From: Tubiluchus corallicola
Taxonomy: Eukaryota; Animalia; Priapulida
NCBI GenBank assembly: GCA_030141605.1
Contig: JAQGDQ010000777.1
Span: 1 to 64,000 of the forward strand
Length of the DNA stretch: 64,000 bases
Direction of reading: 5' to 3'
Shown here piece by piece: positions 53,666 through 64,000 of this stretch. Made by a program: the position numbers and the translations under genes. Each line of letters opens with the position of its first letter. Within the stretch, counting starts at the first letter, position 1. The notes under the pieces are model-generated. The model did not search any database. It had not been told where the DNA came from and was given only the letters and a program-made list of their open reading frames with translations.

Positions 53666-56529
53666 AGCTGCAAGCAAAGTTTGATGAGCTTGAAGCACAG
53701 GGTGTAGTCCGTCGCCCTGAAGATGTTAATGTTACTGTCGAATACCTAAACCCCTCATTCTTAGTCAAAAAGCGCAGAGGTGGTCATCGTCTTGTAACAG
53801 CCTTTTCAGATGTTGGCAGATATAGCAAGCCCCAGCCATCTTTAATGCCTGATGCCAACACTATCCTACAAACTATCGCCCGTTGGCGTTACATCATTGT
53901 ATCTGACCTAACTGATGCTTTCTATCAGATTCCATTAGAACATTCTTCTATGAAATATTGTGGGGTAGCTACTCCATTCCGTGGCATCAGAGTGTACACC
54001 AGATGTGCCATGGGCATGCCTGGTTCTGAAACGGCACTAGAAGAATTAATGTGTCGGATCCTCGGTGACTCTCTCCAAGATGGCTTTGTTTCTAAATTAG
54101 CAGATGACCTCTATTGTGGAGGTGATACCCCTGAAGAACTCTTGGACAATTGGCATCGGGTTCTTGACGCTCTTCACAAGTCTAACATCCACTTATCTCC
54201 CACAAAGACTATCATCTGTCCAAAGTCAACCACCATACTAGGATGGATTTGGACACAAGGCAACAGTGCCGCTAGCCCTCACCGCATAGCCACCTTATCA
54301 ACATGCCCTGCACCAGATACAGTCCATGGTCTTCGATCATTTATTGGTGCATATAAAGTACTTGGACGTGTCTTACCTGGCTGTTCCCTTGTGTTAGCCC
54401 CTCTAGAGGATGCCATCGCTGGACTGCAGTCACGTGACAAGCTGCAGTGGACCGATGAATTACACCACCATTTTGCCGCTGCCCAAAAGGCTCTATCTAT
54501 GCACAAACCCATTATTTTACCAGTACCTTCAGATCAGCTGTGGATAGTAACTGATGGATCTGTCACTAAAAGGGGAATTGGTGCTACTTTGTATGTTACC
54601 CGCAATTCCAAATTATTTCTTGCCGGATTCTTCAGTGCCAAGTTACGCAAACATCAGGTTACATGGTTACCTTGTGAGGTAGAAGCCTTGTGCATTGCTG
54701 CTGCTGTCAAACATTTTAGTCCCTTTATTATACAGTCGACTTCTCACCCCTGCGTACTAACGGACAGCAAACCATGTGTTCAAGCTATTGAAAAGCTTTG
54801 TAGAGGCGAATTTTCCGCCAGTCCTCGTGTCACGTCATTTTTATCCACCGTAAGCCGCTACCAGGTAACTGTCCGGCACCTCTCAGGAAATGCCAATATT
54901 CCTTCGGATTTTGCAAGTAGAAATGCACCTGAGTGCAACGAACCACATTGTCAGATCTGCTCATTTATCATACAGACCGAAGATTCTGTTGTCCGTTCCG
55001 CCTCAGTGCAGGACATCATCAATTGTACTGCTCCATTGCCCTTTACCACCAGATCAGCATGGAGGGACATCCAGTCTGGCTGTCCAGATTTGCATCGCAC
55101 TCATGCCCACCTTCGGCAAGGAACGCGTCCGTCAAAGAAATGCACTAACATCAAAGATGTTAAAAGGTACCTCAATGCCGCTACAATTGCTAAGGATGGC
55201 TTATTGGTTGTGCGTCGTCATGAGCCATTGCACCCTTCCATGGAGCTCATCGTGGTTCCACGTTCTGTTCTGGAAGGCCTTCTCACAGCTCTTCACATAA
55301 AGCTTAGTCACCCTACAAAGCATCAGCTTCAGCTCGTTGCCAGGCGCCACTTCTTTGCTTTAGACATGTCAAAGTCCATTGATCGAGTTACTGACTCATG
55401 CCACATGTGCTCGTCTCTGAAAAAGTTTCCCCAAAGTCTTATTAGCCAGTCATCTGATTCTCCTCCCAATGCTGTTGGTCTGTCCTTTGCTGCGGACATT
55501 CTTAAACGTCATCGCCAACTTATCCTAGTAGTGCGAGAAACATCCACTTCTTATACGAATGCATGCATCGTGCCAGATGAAAGAAGCGACACCTTTCGTG
55601 AAGCTCTTGCTTGCCTTTGCTTAGATCTTCACCCTCCAGATGGCCCTTCTGCAGTAGTCAGAGTGGATCCTGCTCCTGGCTTTCGTGCTCTTTCCAATGA
55701 CAGCACTCTTCTGCAGCTTGGTCTTTCTCTGGAAATTGGACGTATTAAAAATCCAAATAAGAACCCAGTTGCAGAGCGTGCGATCCAGGAATTGGAAGAA
55801 GAACTTTTGCGCCACGAACCTGGAGGTGGACCCGTATCCCGTTTAGGTTTGTCTATGGCTCTCGCTCGCCTAAATTCTCGCATCCGCCATGGCGGTTTGT
55901 CCTCCCGGGAGTTGTGGACACAGCGCGACCAGTTCTCTCATGATCAGCTACCCATTTCTGACAGAGATACTATCATATCCCAACACATGCAGCGCCAGGC
56001 CAATCACTCACACAGCGAATCCTCTAAATGTCCCAGTAGACGAAATCCTAATCACCCTGTTATCAATATAGGAGACTTGGTCTACCTTTACTCAGATCGC
56101 GATAAATCCCAGGCACGCAGCAGGTATCTTGTCACTGGTATTGATGGAGAATGGCTCTTTCTAAAAAAATTTACTGGTTCGCAATTGCGTGCCTCATCTT
56201 ATAAAGTAAAGCACTCTGAATGTTATTTAGTTCCGACCCACACAGACCATGACAAGTATCCTCCGCCTCTGTTAAAACATAGTTTCTGCGATGATGACGA
56301 TGACTCCGAGGCCGTGTCTGCCTTTCCAATTCCCCATCAGCCATTGATACCCATCACTCTTTCTTCACCCCCATCTGACAGCTATACAGACAAGGCATCT
56401 GCTGTCCCTCAGCAGTTGTTCCCGACTTGCGACACTTCAACCGAGCAATCTATCCCTCCAGCCACCGATTATTCTCATCCAAAACGCAGTCGTCGCCCCC
56501 CAAAATATCTTGCTGACTACGTTACCTGA
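53599..56529 (+). CDS. Gypsy Pol (RT-RNase H-integrase)
   Basis: SDLTDAFYQIP; MGMPGS; KLADD; IVTDGS; LTDSKP; SDFASR; H..LSHP...C..C; FAADI / VDPAPGF / VAERAIQE integrase triad; RRPPKYLADY tail. Confidence 0.92.
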   Translation: MGPVQPPQRKGRVPQYSRDKLIELQAKFDELEAQGVVRRPEDVNVTVEYLNPSFLVKKRRGGHRLVTAFSDVGRYSKPQPSLMPDANTILQTIARWRYIIVSDLTDAFYQIPLEHSSMKYCGVATPFRGIRVYTRCAMGMPGSETALEELMCRILGDSLQDGFVSKLADDLYCGGDTPEELLDNWHRVLDALHKSNIHLSPTKTIICPKSTTILGWIWTQGNSAASPHRIATLSTCPAPDTVHGLRSFIGAYKVLGRVLPGCSLVLAPLEDAIAGLQSRDKLQWTDELHHHFAAAQKALSMHKPIILPVPSDQLWIVTDGSVTKRGIGATLYVTRNSKLFLAGFFSAKLRKHQVTWLPCEVEALCIAAAVKHFSPFIIQSTSHPCVLTDSKPCVQAIEKLCRGEFSASPRVTSFLSTVSRYQVTVRHLSGNANIPSDFASRNAPECNEPHCQICSFIIQTEDSVVRSASVQDIINCTAPLPFTTRSAWRDIQSGCPDLHRTHAHLRQGTRPSKKCTNIKDVKRYLNAATIAKDGLLVVRRHEPLHPSMELIVVPRSVLEGLLTALHIKLSHPTKHQLQLVARRHFFALDMSKSIDRVTDSCHMCSSLKKFPQSLISQSSDSPPNAVGLSFAADILKRHRQLILVVRETSTSYTNACIVPDERSDTFREALACLCLDLHPPDGPSAVVRVDPAPGFRALSNDSTLLQLGLSLEIGRIKNPNKNPVAERAIQELEEELLRHEPGGGPVSRLGLSMALARLNSRIRHGGLSSRELWTQRDQFSHDQLPISDRDTIISQHMQRQANHSHSESSKCPSRRNPNHPVINIGDLVYLYSDRDKSQARSRYLVTGIDGEWLFLKKFTGSQLRASSYKVKHSECYLVPTHTDHDKYPPPLLKHSFCDDDDDSEAVSAFPIPHQPLIPITLSSPPSDSYTDKASAVPQQLFPTCDTSTEQSIPPATDYSHPKRSRRPPKYLADYVT

Positions 56530-57196
56530 ATTTTATCCTTTTTCTTCAGCATTTACATATCAAGTTGTAAGTGTGCCTTTTTGACTTTATAATGTAAGTT
56601 ACACACAAATTTTGTATTGTGTTTTTGAGTAACATAATCCGATAATATTACCCTAAATCATTGACTTCATGCTAAGTTCTATTATAGTCGTGCTGTATTT
56701 CTTTGGTCATCTGTGTATTACCTCTTTCTATATGTAATACTGTGACAGCTATCGTTAATGCACTTATATTCGCATTACTGTACAAGCACATACTGTTTTC
56801 ATGATAAACAACGTATATTAATGTTGTGCACCGCACATCGTAGTTTGCGATAGTTCATAAATTACATTCTATATCGTTTGTATTGTAATTCTAGTTACAA
56901 GTTTCACCTTTTGTGTCATATTACATGTATACTAAATGTTGTTTGATTTTGTTTCTAGCCATCGGTTAAGAAAAAGGAAAAGAGAAGCCGCGCCAGTATA
57001 CATGCGTGTTGTTAGTTTTATCAACTTTACCCCTTTTGCAAAGTTGCTCTTTTGTTTTCAGCTTCTTTGTTTTTCGGGTTGCGCTCATCTTTCTAGTTAT
57101 AACCTCGTTGCTTTGCGAGTTACAATAAAGTTGTTAAATTTATTCTTGTCGTCTTGGTGTTTGAGACAAAGCTGGAACATTCTTTAATTAATGGCG

Positions 57197-60100
57197 CTCA
57201 GTGTACTGGCAATCACAATTTAGACAAGTGTGAAAGATTCATGGAGCTAGATGCCGAGAATAAAACAAAGCTTGTTAAAGAAAAGAAATTATGTTTCAAC
57301 TGTTTAAAGGCTAAACATTTTTCCAGAACGTGCAATCGCCCAGGTTGTGCAGTGGAGAACTGCAATATGAAACATTCAAAGCTGTTACATGAGGCCTTCA
57401 CATTGGACAAGTCTGATGTTCAGCAAAATGAGAAGAAGCTTACTGAGGCAAGTAGTTGTGCCTGCAAGTCAATGCAGACTTCTACAAGAACTTCTTTGCC
57501 TGTTGTTGCAGTTTTTGTCAAAACATCTGAACATGCCAAGGGAATGGTTACTCATGCTTTGTTAGATCCTGGCAGTAACAAGTCATTTTGTTCCCGACAA
57601 TTAGTTGAGAAGCTTGGCCTGCAAGGACACGAGCAGACTTTGTCATTATCAACTTTGAATAATGGGTCAATGGTTAAGGCACTGGAAATATCTCTGTATG
57701 TCAGTCCGACCTTTGGCAAACCAGTTGATAGAGAAGTCATTTATCTTTCTAAAGTTTATGCCTTGGAGAAATTTCCATCTTTGCGGGATAGCGTGGTTAC
57801 CAGTTCAGATGTATGTAGTTGGGAGCATTTAAAGAATTTACGACTAGCTAACATGAGGCCAGCAGAAGATGTCTTATTACTGATTGGACAAGACTGTGCT
57901 CATGCATTTAAGCCTCTGCAAGTAAAGGCAGGGAATTCCGGAGAACCATATGCTGTACGGACGCCATTGGGCTGGGTTGTGAATGGACTTCATAATCTTG
58001 ATTCTCAGAATTTGAATGCTGTCGTCAATGTCGTGCAATCTGATGAAGACTTAACAATCCAAGTGAAAAGATTTTGGGAGGTTGATTCATTGGATAATGT
58101 CGACCAGCGCAGTATGTCACTTGAGGACAAGGAAGTGCTAAATGTGTGGGACAGTTCAGTGCAACTAATAGATGGTCACTATAACTTGGACATACCATTT
58201 AAAGTGAATCCTCCTGATCTGCCCGATAATCGCAAGATTGCTGAGAAGCGCCTTCAGTCATTGAAGTATCGGCTCTCAAAGGACCCTGAGCTGCATAAAA
58301 AATATACACTACGCATGAAGGAGCTTCTAGAAAAAGGTTATGCAGAGAAAGTTGCAGCATGTGACTTAGAAGGAACACCTGGATTTGTGTGGTACCTCCC
58401 GCATCATGGTGTAGTGAATCCGAATAAGCCAAAACTTCGCATTGTCTTTGATTGCTCCGTCCTGTTTGAAGAGATTTCTTTAAATAAAGCTGTCAAACAA
58501 GGGCCCGACTTGACAAACGGTTTGCTAGCTGTTCTGATTCGATTTCGGGAAGGCCCTGTGGCACTTATGTCTGACATAGAGGCCATGTTTAACCAGGTTG
58601 TAGTATCCAAACATCATCGAGATGTTTTGCGGTTTTTGTGGTACCCAGATGGTGACTTGACAAAACAACCACAGGTCTACAGGATGACGAGGCATCTTTT
58701 TGGAGGTAATTGGAGCCCCAGTTGTGCTACATATGCTTTGCAGAAAACTGCCCTGGATAACATTCACGAGTTTGACAGCAAGATTATTGATGCAGTGCTT
58801 CGTGATTTTTATGTTGACGACTGTTTGAAGAGCTTTTTGACTGATGATGATGCCACTGAGTTTGTAGTTAAATTGACAGAGTTGTTAGCCCGTGGTGGGT
58901 TCCATATAACTAAATGGATTAGCACTAGTGTCAAGGTACTCGAAATGGTTCCTGAAGAGGATAGAGCTGAATCTGTTCGAGAAATTGACATTTGAAAAGG
59001 TTCCTTGCCATTAGAAAGAGCTCTGGGCTTACGTTGGAATGTGGACAGAGATGAACTTTGTGTCCAAGCCAAATTAAAGGAGAAGCCACTCACAAAGCGA
59101 GGTTTATTGAGTGTTCTTTCTTCCGTGTATGATCCTTTGGGTCTAGCCTGTCCCGTTACACTTGTAGCAAAGAAGCTCTTTCAGCAAGAAAGCAGACTAA
59201 GGAAAGAATGGGACAGCCAGTTGTCTACTGATGTTCAATACCACTGGATTAACTGGATGAAGCAAGCTACAAATTTAGATCAGTTTGGTGTTGAGAGATG
59301 CTTCATGCCAAAGAACTTTGGACATGTGCTGAGATGTGAATTGCATGTCTTTGGAGATGCATCTGAGGATGCTTATGCTGCTGTGGCATATATGCGGCTT
59401 GTGAATGCTGATGAGGAGATACACTGCTGTCTTGTTTTGGCCAAAGCACGGCTAGCTCCCATGCATAGAATGACTGTTCCTAGGCTAGAGCTATCGGCAG
59501 CTGTACTTGCTGTTAAGATCGGCCAGACAATCTCGCGTGAGTTGAGAACCGACATAGATGAGACCTGGTACTGGACTGATAGCAGTATAGTTCTGGGCTA
59601 CATACACAACACTGATAAACGCTTCAAAACGTTTGTAGCTAACAGGCTGGGTATTATACATGAAGCTTCTATGCCTTCTCAATGGCACCATATCAGAAGT
59701 GAGGACAACGTTGCTGATGATGCTTCAAGAGGCTTGTCAGTTGATGAACTACTTCAGCAGAAAAGATGGATTAATGGTCCTGAGTTTTTGTGGTTGCCAA
59801 AATCTGAATGGATAGAACTCGAGGTAAAAAATTTGCATCATCCAGAAATGGAAATCAAGCGTGAAAGTGCGAAGTCTCAGAAAGTTGTATCATGTGGTGC
59901 AGTGGCATCAGTAGAAGCCGAGTCGGATGCTTTAGAAAATATGTTTAAGAGGCACTCATCGTGGTACAGGCTGCGAAAATCTGTCGGCTGGATCCTGCGG
60001 CTGCGGAACATTTTACTGAGCAAAGCTAGAGGAATGGATGCTAAGTCCTTTGATGCCAGTTTATCTGTTGAAGAACTGCAGCAGGCAGAGATCAGCATTG

Positions 60101-61359
60101 TCAAATATCTACAGTACAAGTGCTTGAAAAATGATGATGTAATGAAAACTCTGAGGAAGTTAAATCCTGTCATAGATTCCAATGGAGTGATGTGTGTAGG
60201 GGGCCGTGTGAAGAGCATGCACCAGATGATTCTGCCTAAACATCATCACATAGTAGACCTGATTATACGTGAAGCACATGAAATGTCAGGACATTCTGGA
60301 CGAGAGTATGTGGTTGCCAAGCTGAGACAGAAGTACTGGATCATCAAGGTTAGAACCAGAGTCAGATCACTCTTATCGAGCTGCATAGTCTGTAGACGAC
60401 GTGATGGTGTTCCATTGTCTCAAAAAATGGCTGATCTGCCAGATGATCGCGTGTCTCCAGCTCTATCTGCCTTCACAGCTGTTGGTGTGGACTGCTTTGG
60501 TCCGTTTTTTGTCAAAAGAGGTCGGTCAGAGATGAAGAGATACGGATGTGTCTTCACTTACCTGACAATTCGTGCTGTTCACATAGAGGTACTACATTCC
60601 CTGGAGACTGATAGTTTCATTAATGCTCTTTTCAGATTTATTTCTCGCCGTGGGCCTCCGTCTGTCATCCGATCTGACAATGGCACTAACTTTGTCGGTG
60701 CAGAGAAAGAATTGAGATCAGCAATATGCAACTGGGATCAGCAGAAGATTACAGATGTTCTACGGAAGCGTCATGTACAATGGATCTTTAACACACCAGG
60801 TGCATCCCATCATGGTGGAGCTTGGGAAAGGATGATCCGATCCATTCGCAGAGTTGCCTTTTCTATATGCAGTGAGCAAAGGCTTGACGATGAAAGCTTG
60901 CCTACTCTGATGTGCATGGTAGAGTCCATTATAAATGATAGGCCGATCACAACAGTGTCAGATGATCCAAATGATCTTGAGGCTCTCACTCCAAACCACT
61001 TACTGTTGTTAAGAGCTGGATCAGTACCTGTCAAGCTCTTTGATTATTCTGACTTATATAGGCGAAGATGGCGCCAGGTACAGTATTTGACAGATGTCTT
61101 TTGGCGGCGATGGACTCATGAATATCTTCCGATGCTGCAACAATTCTAAAAGTGGGAGAAGCAGAAGGAAAATCTCAAGTGTGGAGATGTTGTTCTATTA
61201 ATCGACAACACCTTGCCAAGAAACCGTTGGGAACTTGGACGGATTATGGATACTTATCCGGGTAAAGATGGCTTGGTCCGCTCTGTGTTGCTCAAGACAA
61301 AGTCGTCAACTCTGAAACGGCCTGTGCAGAAACTTTGTCTGCTTGAGCGTGTTTCATAA
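57197..61359 (+). pseudogene. BEL Gag zinc knuckles, protease, RT, RNase H and integrase, with two in-frame stops
   Basis: LCFNCL..KH...C; ALLDPGS; WYLPHHGV; KLRIVFDCS; DIEAMF; FYVDD; LHVFGDAS; VPRLEL; WTDS; VGVDCFGP; SDNGTNF; GGAWE; RPVQKLCLL. Stops TGA 58993-58995 and TAA 61147-61149. Confidence 0.9.
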
Positions 61360-61457
61360 ACTGTTTTTTTGTGTTCCAAAATGAGGTTAAAGTTTAATGA
61401 TTGATAAATATTTTGTTATGTTTCATGTTCCAGATAGAACATTCAAAGGGGGCGGGG

Positions 61458-61873
61458 TGTTGCAGGTGCAAATGTTTTGGTCCATTACCTCTTCTCAAGG
61501 TAGTATGTGCATTAGAAGCCACAACATATTAGACTGTAGCTCAACCTCTAGACTACTTTTTCTACTCTGACATTGTATAGGTGGAACTTGTCATGTACGC
61601 ACGTCTTTGTTGCATTTAAAAATTGTCTTATAATTATACTGCTACCTTTTACTGACATTCTGGCTTTTTCTCGACTCAATATTGGACCAACAATGTATGT
61701 ATTCATTTTAGCTTTTTTAGTGTAACGTAGTAATCTGTAGCACTTATTTTCTAGCACTTTCATTTCACTAGATTTGTAGATGTAGTAGTTGTAGACTACA
61801 GAAAATTTGTATTTTTGCAGAATAAACGACATAGATATGGGAACGCAACTTTGATTTGAGCATATACATTACA
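61458..61873 (+). repeat. BEL 3' LTR
   Basis: Follows the PPT, starts TGTTGCAGG and ends TTACA. Confidence 0.85.
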
Positions 61874-61892
61874 ATACCATAAGAATTAGTGG

Positions 61893-62195
61893 ACCCTAAA
61901 AATTGCACATTAAGATCGCCTCCCAAAAATTCGATTTGTACATATGTATATACAGTATATTATATTAACGGTAAGCTAAAGATGATGAAAATACTGAGAC
62001 GAAAACCCTAACCTAAAAATAACTGAGACTCTAAACTCGGTTACTACCCCAAAAATCGCACCTTAATAAGATTGCCTCCCAAAAATTTGCTTTGTACGTA
62101 AGTATATACGATATATTATATTGAGGGTAAGCTAAAGATGATGAAAATACTGGCACAAAAACCCTAACCTAAAAATAACTGAGACTCTAAACTAA
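61893..62195. repeat. Two tandem ~155-bp units containing aaccctaacc motifs
   Basis: ggtaagctaaagatgatgaaaatactg...aaaaccctaacctaaaaataactgagactctaaact occurs twice. Confidence 0.8.
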
Positions 62196-62747
62196 CCCAA
62201 AATCTCTGGAAAATACTGGGAGATGTAAAAGTTTAATAGCGTCCAATTCTTTATGATTTCTAGTACAAGTGACTTACCATTTGAACCGATTTCGGTATGT
62301 TTAATCGTTGTGCTTTTTAGCTCATAAAGTGTGTACACAGGGACCGTTTTTAATAGCAAGTAGTCGTTTTTGGAAGGTGAACGCAGAACACTGGTTTTGG
62401 TAAAGCCTACGTCACACTGGTTCTGGTAAAGCCTACGTCACTGACTATGCCTCTTCCTGCACCGAACCAGATGTCCGAGTGCGAAAGCCAGGAAAGGTTT
62501 GTAGCCATAAATATGAAACTGTACTTTATTACGTAACTGTGCAGATATCATAAAGTTACACCTGAAGGGAGAAATCTTCTGAAATTTGATTTGTTTCAGA
62601 TTGATATTTTTCATATAGGTTGTTCGTCGTCTTGCGACTGCTATCGGTTTCGGCCGGTTGGTTGTAAGACGGCTTGTATTTGTGACAACCTATACTAGTT
62701 TGCTGACGAGTAACAAACGTCGCTAGTCCTTTTTCTTCCAAGAGATG

Positions 62748-63165
62748 TTCCAAGAAAAAGAACTAGCGACACTTGTTACTCAGCAGCAGACTAATACTGT
62801 ACCTGCAGGTGTCATGAAGCAGCCATGTTTAAACAAGATGCATGTCTTTCTGCGTATTCCAAGAAAAAGAACTAGCGACACTTGTTACTCGGCAGCAAAC
62901 TAGTACTGTACCTGCAAGGGTCGTGAAGCAGTCATGTTTAAACAAAATGCATGTCTTTCTGCATGTTCCAAGAAAAAGAACTAGCGACACTTGTGACTCG
63001 GCAGCAAACTAGCACTGTACCTGTAGGTGCCATGAAGTAGCCATGTTTAAACAAGATGCATGTCTTTCTGCATGTTGCAAGAAAAAGAACTAGCGACACT
63101 TGTGACTCGGCAGCAAACTAGCACTGTACCTGTAGGTGCCATGAAGCAGCCATGTTTAAACAAGA
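62748..63165. repeat. 109-bp tandem repeat, ~3.8 units
   Basis: aagaaaaagaactagcgac starts at 62752, 62861, 62970 and 63079. Confidence 0.9.
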
Positions 63166-63546
63166 CTATTTTAAACATGTTTAGACTTTGATTCGGATTC
63201 GGAAATGCTGAAAGTCGACTTGATTTGATTTCGAAAGTCGCAAGTTCGATTCGATTCGAATCATCATGCAACACGATGTTTGTGGCATGACGTGAGCCTA
63301 GTGCATCATCTGTGACGAGTCACTAAACCAGCAGAGATGTCTCAGCACATTCAGATGTATGTACATTCTCCTTGTGCGAGGTGAACAGCCTGGATCAGTA
63401 TGGCAAATGTCCACATCACTTCACTTCACTCGCGGTTATGACCACATGATTGTGAGGTCTGAACACCGCCCAAAATATTCATTGCAGTAAATAAGTTATT
63501 GATTTATGCGTCTGCTTCTTAAACCTGATTGGTTATTTTACTGCAG

Positions 63547-63635
63547 TGTACGCGAGGATAAAGAGCTCGAAGAGATTCGACAGTTCAGGTCTACCATCTT
63601 GGAAACAGTGCAGCGCGTCCAAGCTGTAAAAGCAG
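63547..63635 (+). CDS. Probable internal coding exon of an unidentified gene
   Basis: ttttactgcag|...|gtaag boundaries; encodes VREDKELEEIRQFRSTILETVQRVQAVKA. Confidence 0.45.
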
Positions 63636-63944
63636 GTAAGCGTTCAGCACTTCGCTGTAAGTTTCATTCTTGTGTGTACAACTGTTGTTCGTGCTCGTGA
63701 AATTCCTGCGCCGTGGAGTCGGATTTGGGAGTAACCCTCATGGGGGCCTTGCTCCTCAACCCCAATTTTTTGCAGTTTGTCATTCTCATCCCTGCAGTCA
63801 TTATCAATCGCTGGAACTGTGAAAGGGCTTGTTGCAGTTTTGTCACTGTTCTTTCAGATATTTTGAATTAGTATGCTCACTCTATGTAACATTTTAACAA
63901 GAATGAAGAAAATAGTATTGGCCAATGTTTACCTAAAGGGCAAG

Positions 63945-64000
63945 AAAAGGGGTACCTGAAGTAGGTTTCAGAAAAATCGCCTTAAAAAATTATATTACCT
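63945..64000. mobile_element. End of a dispersed repeat also at ~13850-13895 (inverted) and 34220-34265
   Basis: aagggg.ac.tgaagtaggtttcagaaaa...gccttaaaaaattata. Confidence 0.55.

Larger units (their letters stand above)
51240..57196 (+). mobile_element. Gypsy-type LTR retrotransposon, Troyka-like (CG...CG termini, 3-bp TSD), nested in the BEL element
   Basis: Identical 206-bp LTRs at 51240-51445 and 56991-57196 (CGCCA...TGGCG). TGG-starting putative PBS at 51446; PPT aagaaaaaggaaaagagaag; ctc on both flanks. Confidence 0.92.
48381..61873 (+). mobile_element. BEL/Pao LTR retrotransposon, full length but disrupted
   Basis: LTRs 48381-48797 and 61458-61873 (TGT...ACA, roughly 11 differences by eye). 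PPT aaagggggcgggg before the 3' LTR. Internal order Gag-PR-RT-RH-IN. Confidence 0.95.

Noticed and set aside
58993-58995. TGA in BEL pol as programmed readthrough or selenocysteine
   Set aside because: The element has a second nonsense codon, diverged LTRs and a disrupting insertion, so ordinary decay explains it.
61874-61880. TSD of the BEL element (tacca versus cacca before the gap)
   Set aside because: It needs a one-base offset and a mismatch, and the true 5' flank is hidden by Ns, so it cannot be supported.
62003-62200. Telomeric repeat
   Set aside because: Only isolated ccctaa motifs within a local duplication, not an array.

Overview
Animal genomic DNA, AT-rich and intron-containing. 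The 5S-like sequence looks lophotrochozoan, but that is tentative. Two parts. (1) 1-48156 is a giant inverted repeat. Its ~22.8-kb arms (1-~22805 and ~25300-48156) surround a ~2.5-kb spacer of (CT)n/(GA)n tracts, a 30-bp minisatellite and a MITE. Each arm carries the first 8 coding exons of a USP19-like deubiquitinase, a complete 4-exon SLC16/MCT transporter on the opposite strand, MITEs, SINEs and LINE fragments. Base 1 mirrors exactly the last base before a 224-N gap. The five coding differences I found between the two USP19 copies are all synonymous, so two haplotypes joined as a fold-back is the leading explanation; a real palindrome is not excluded. (2) After the gap, a full-length BEL/Pao LTR retrotransposon (48381-61873) carries a younger Gypsy-type element in its Gag zinc knuckle (51240-57196). 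That inner element has identical LTRs, unusual CGCCA...TGGCG ends and a 3-bp TSD (Troyka-like). Tandem repeats and one orphan exon follow. Other unusual items: a TSD-flanked insert with a 5S rRNA head and RTE-like tail, and a duplicated USP19 splice acceptor that could add an in-frame hydrophobic 22-aa segment. I cannot support a wholly new biological system from the sequence alone.
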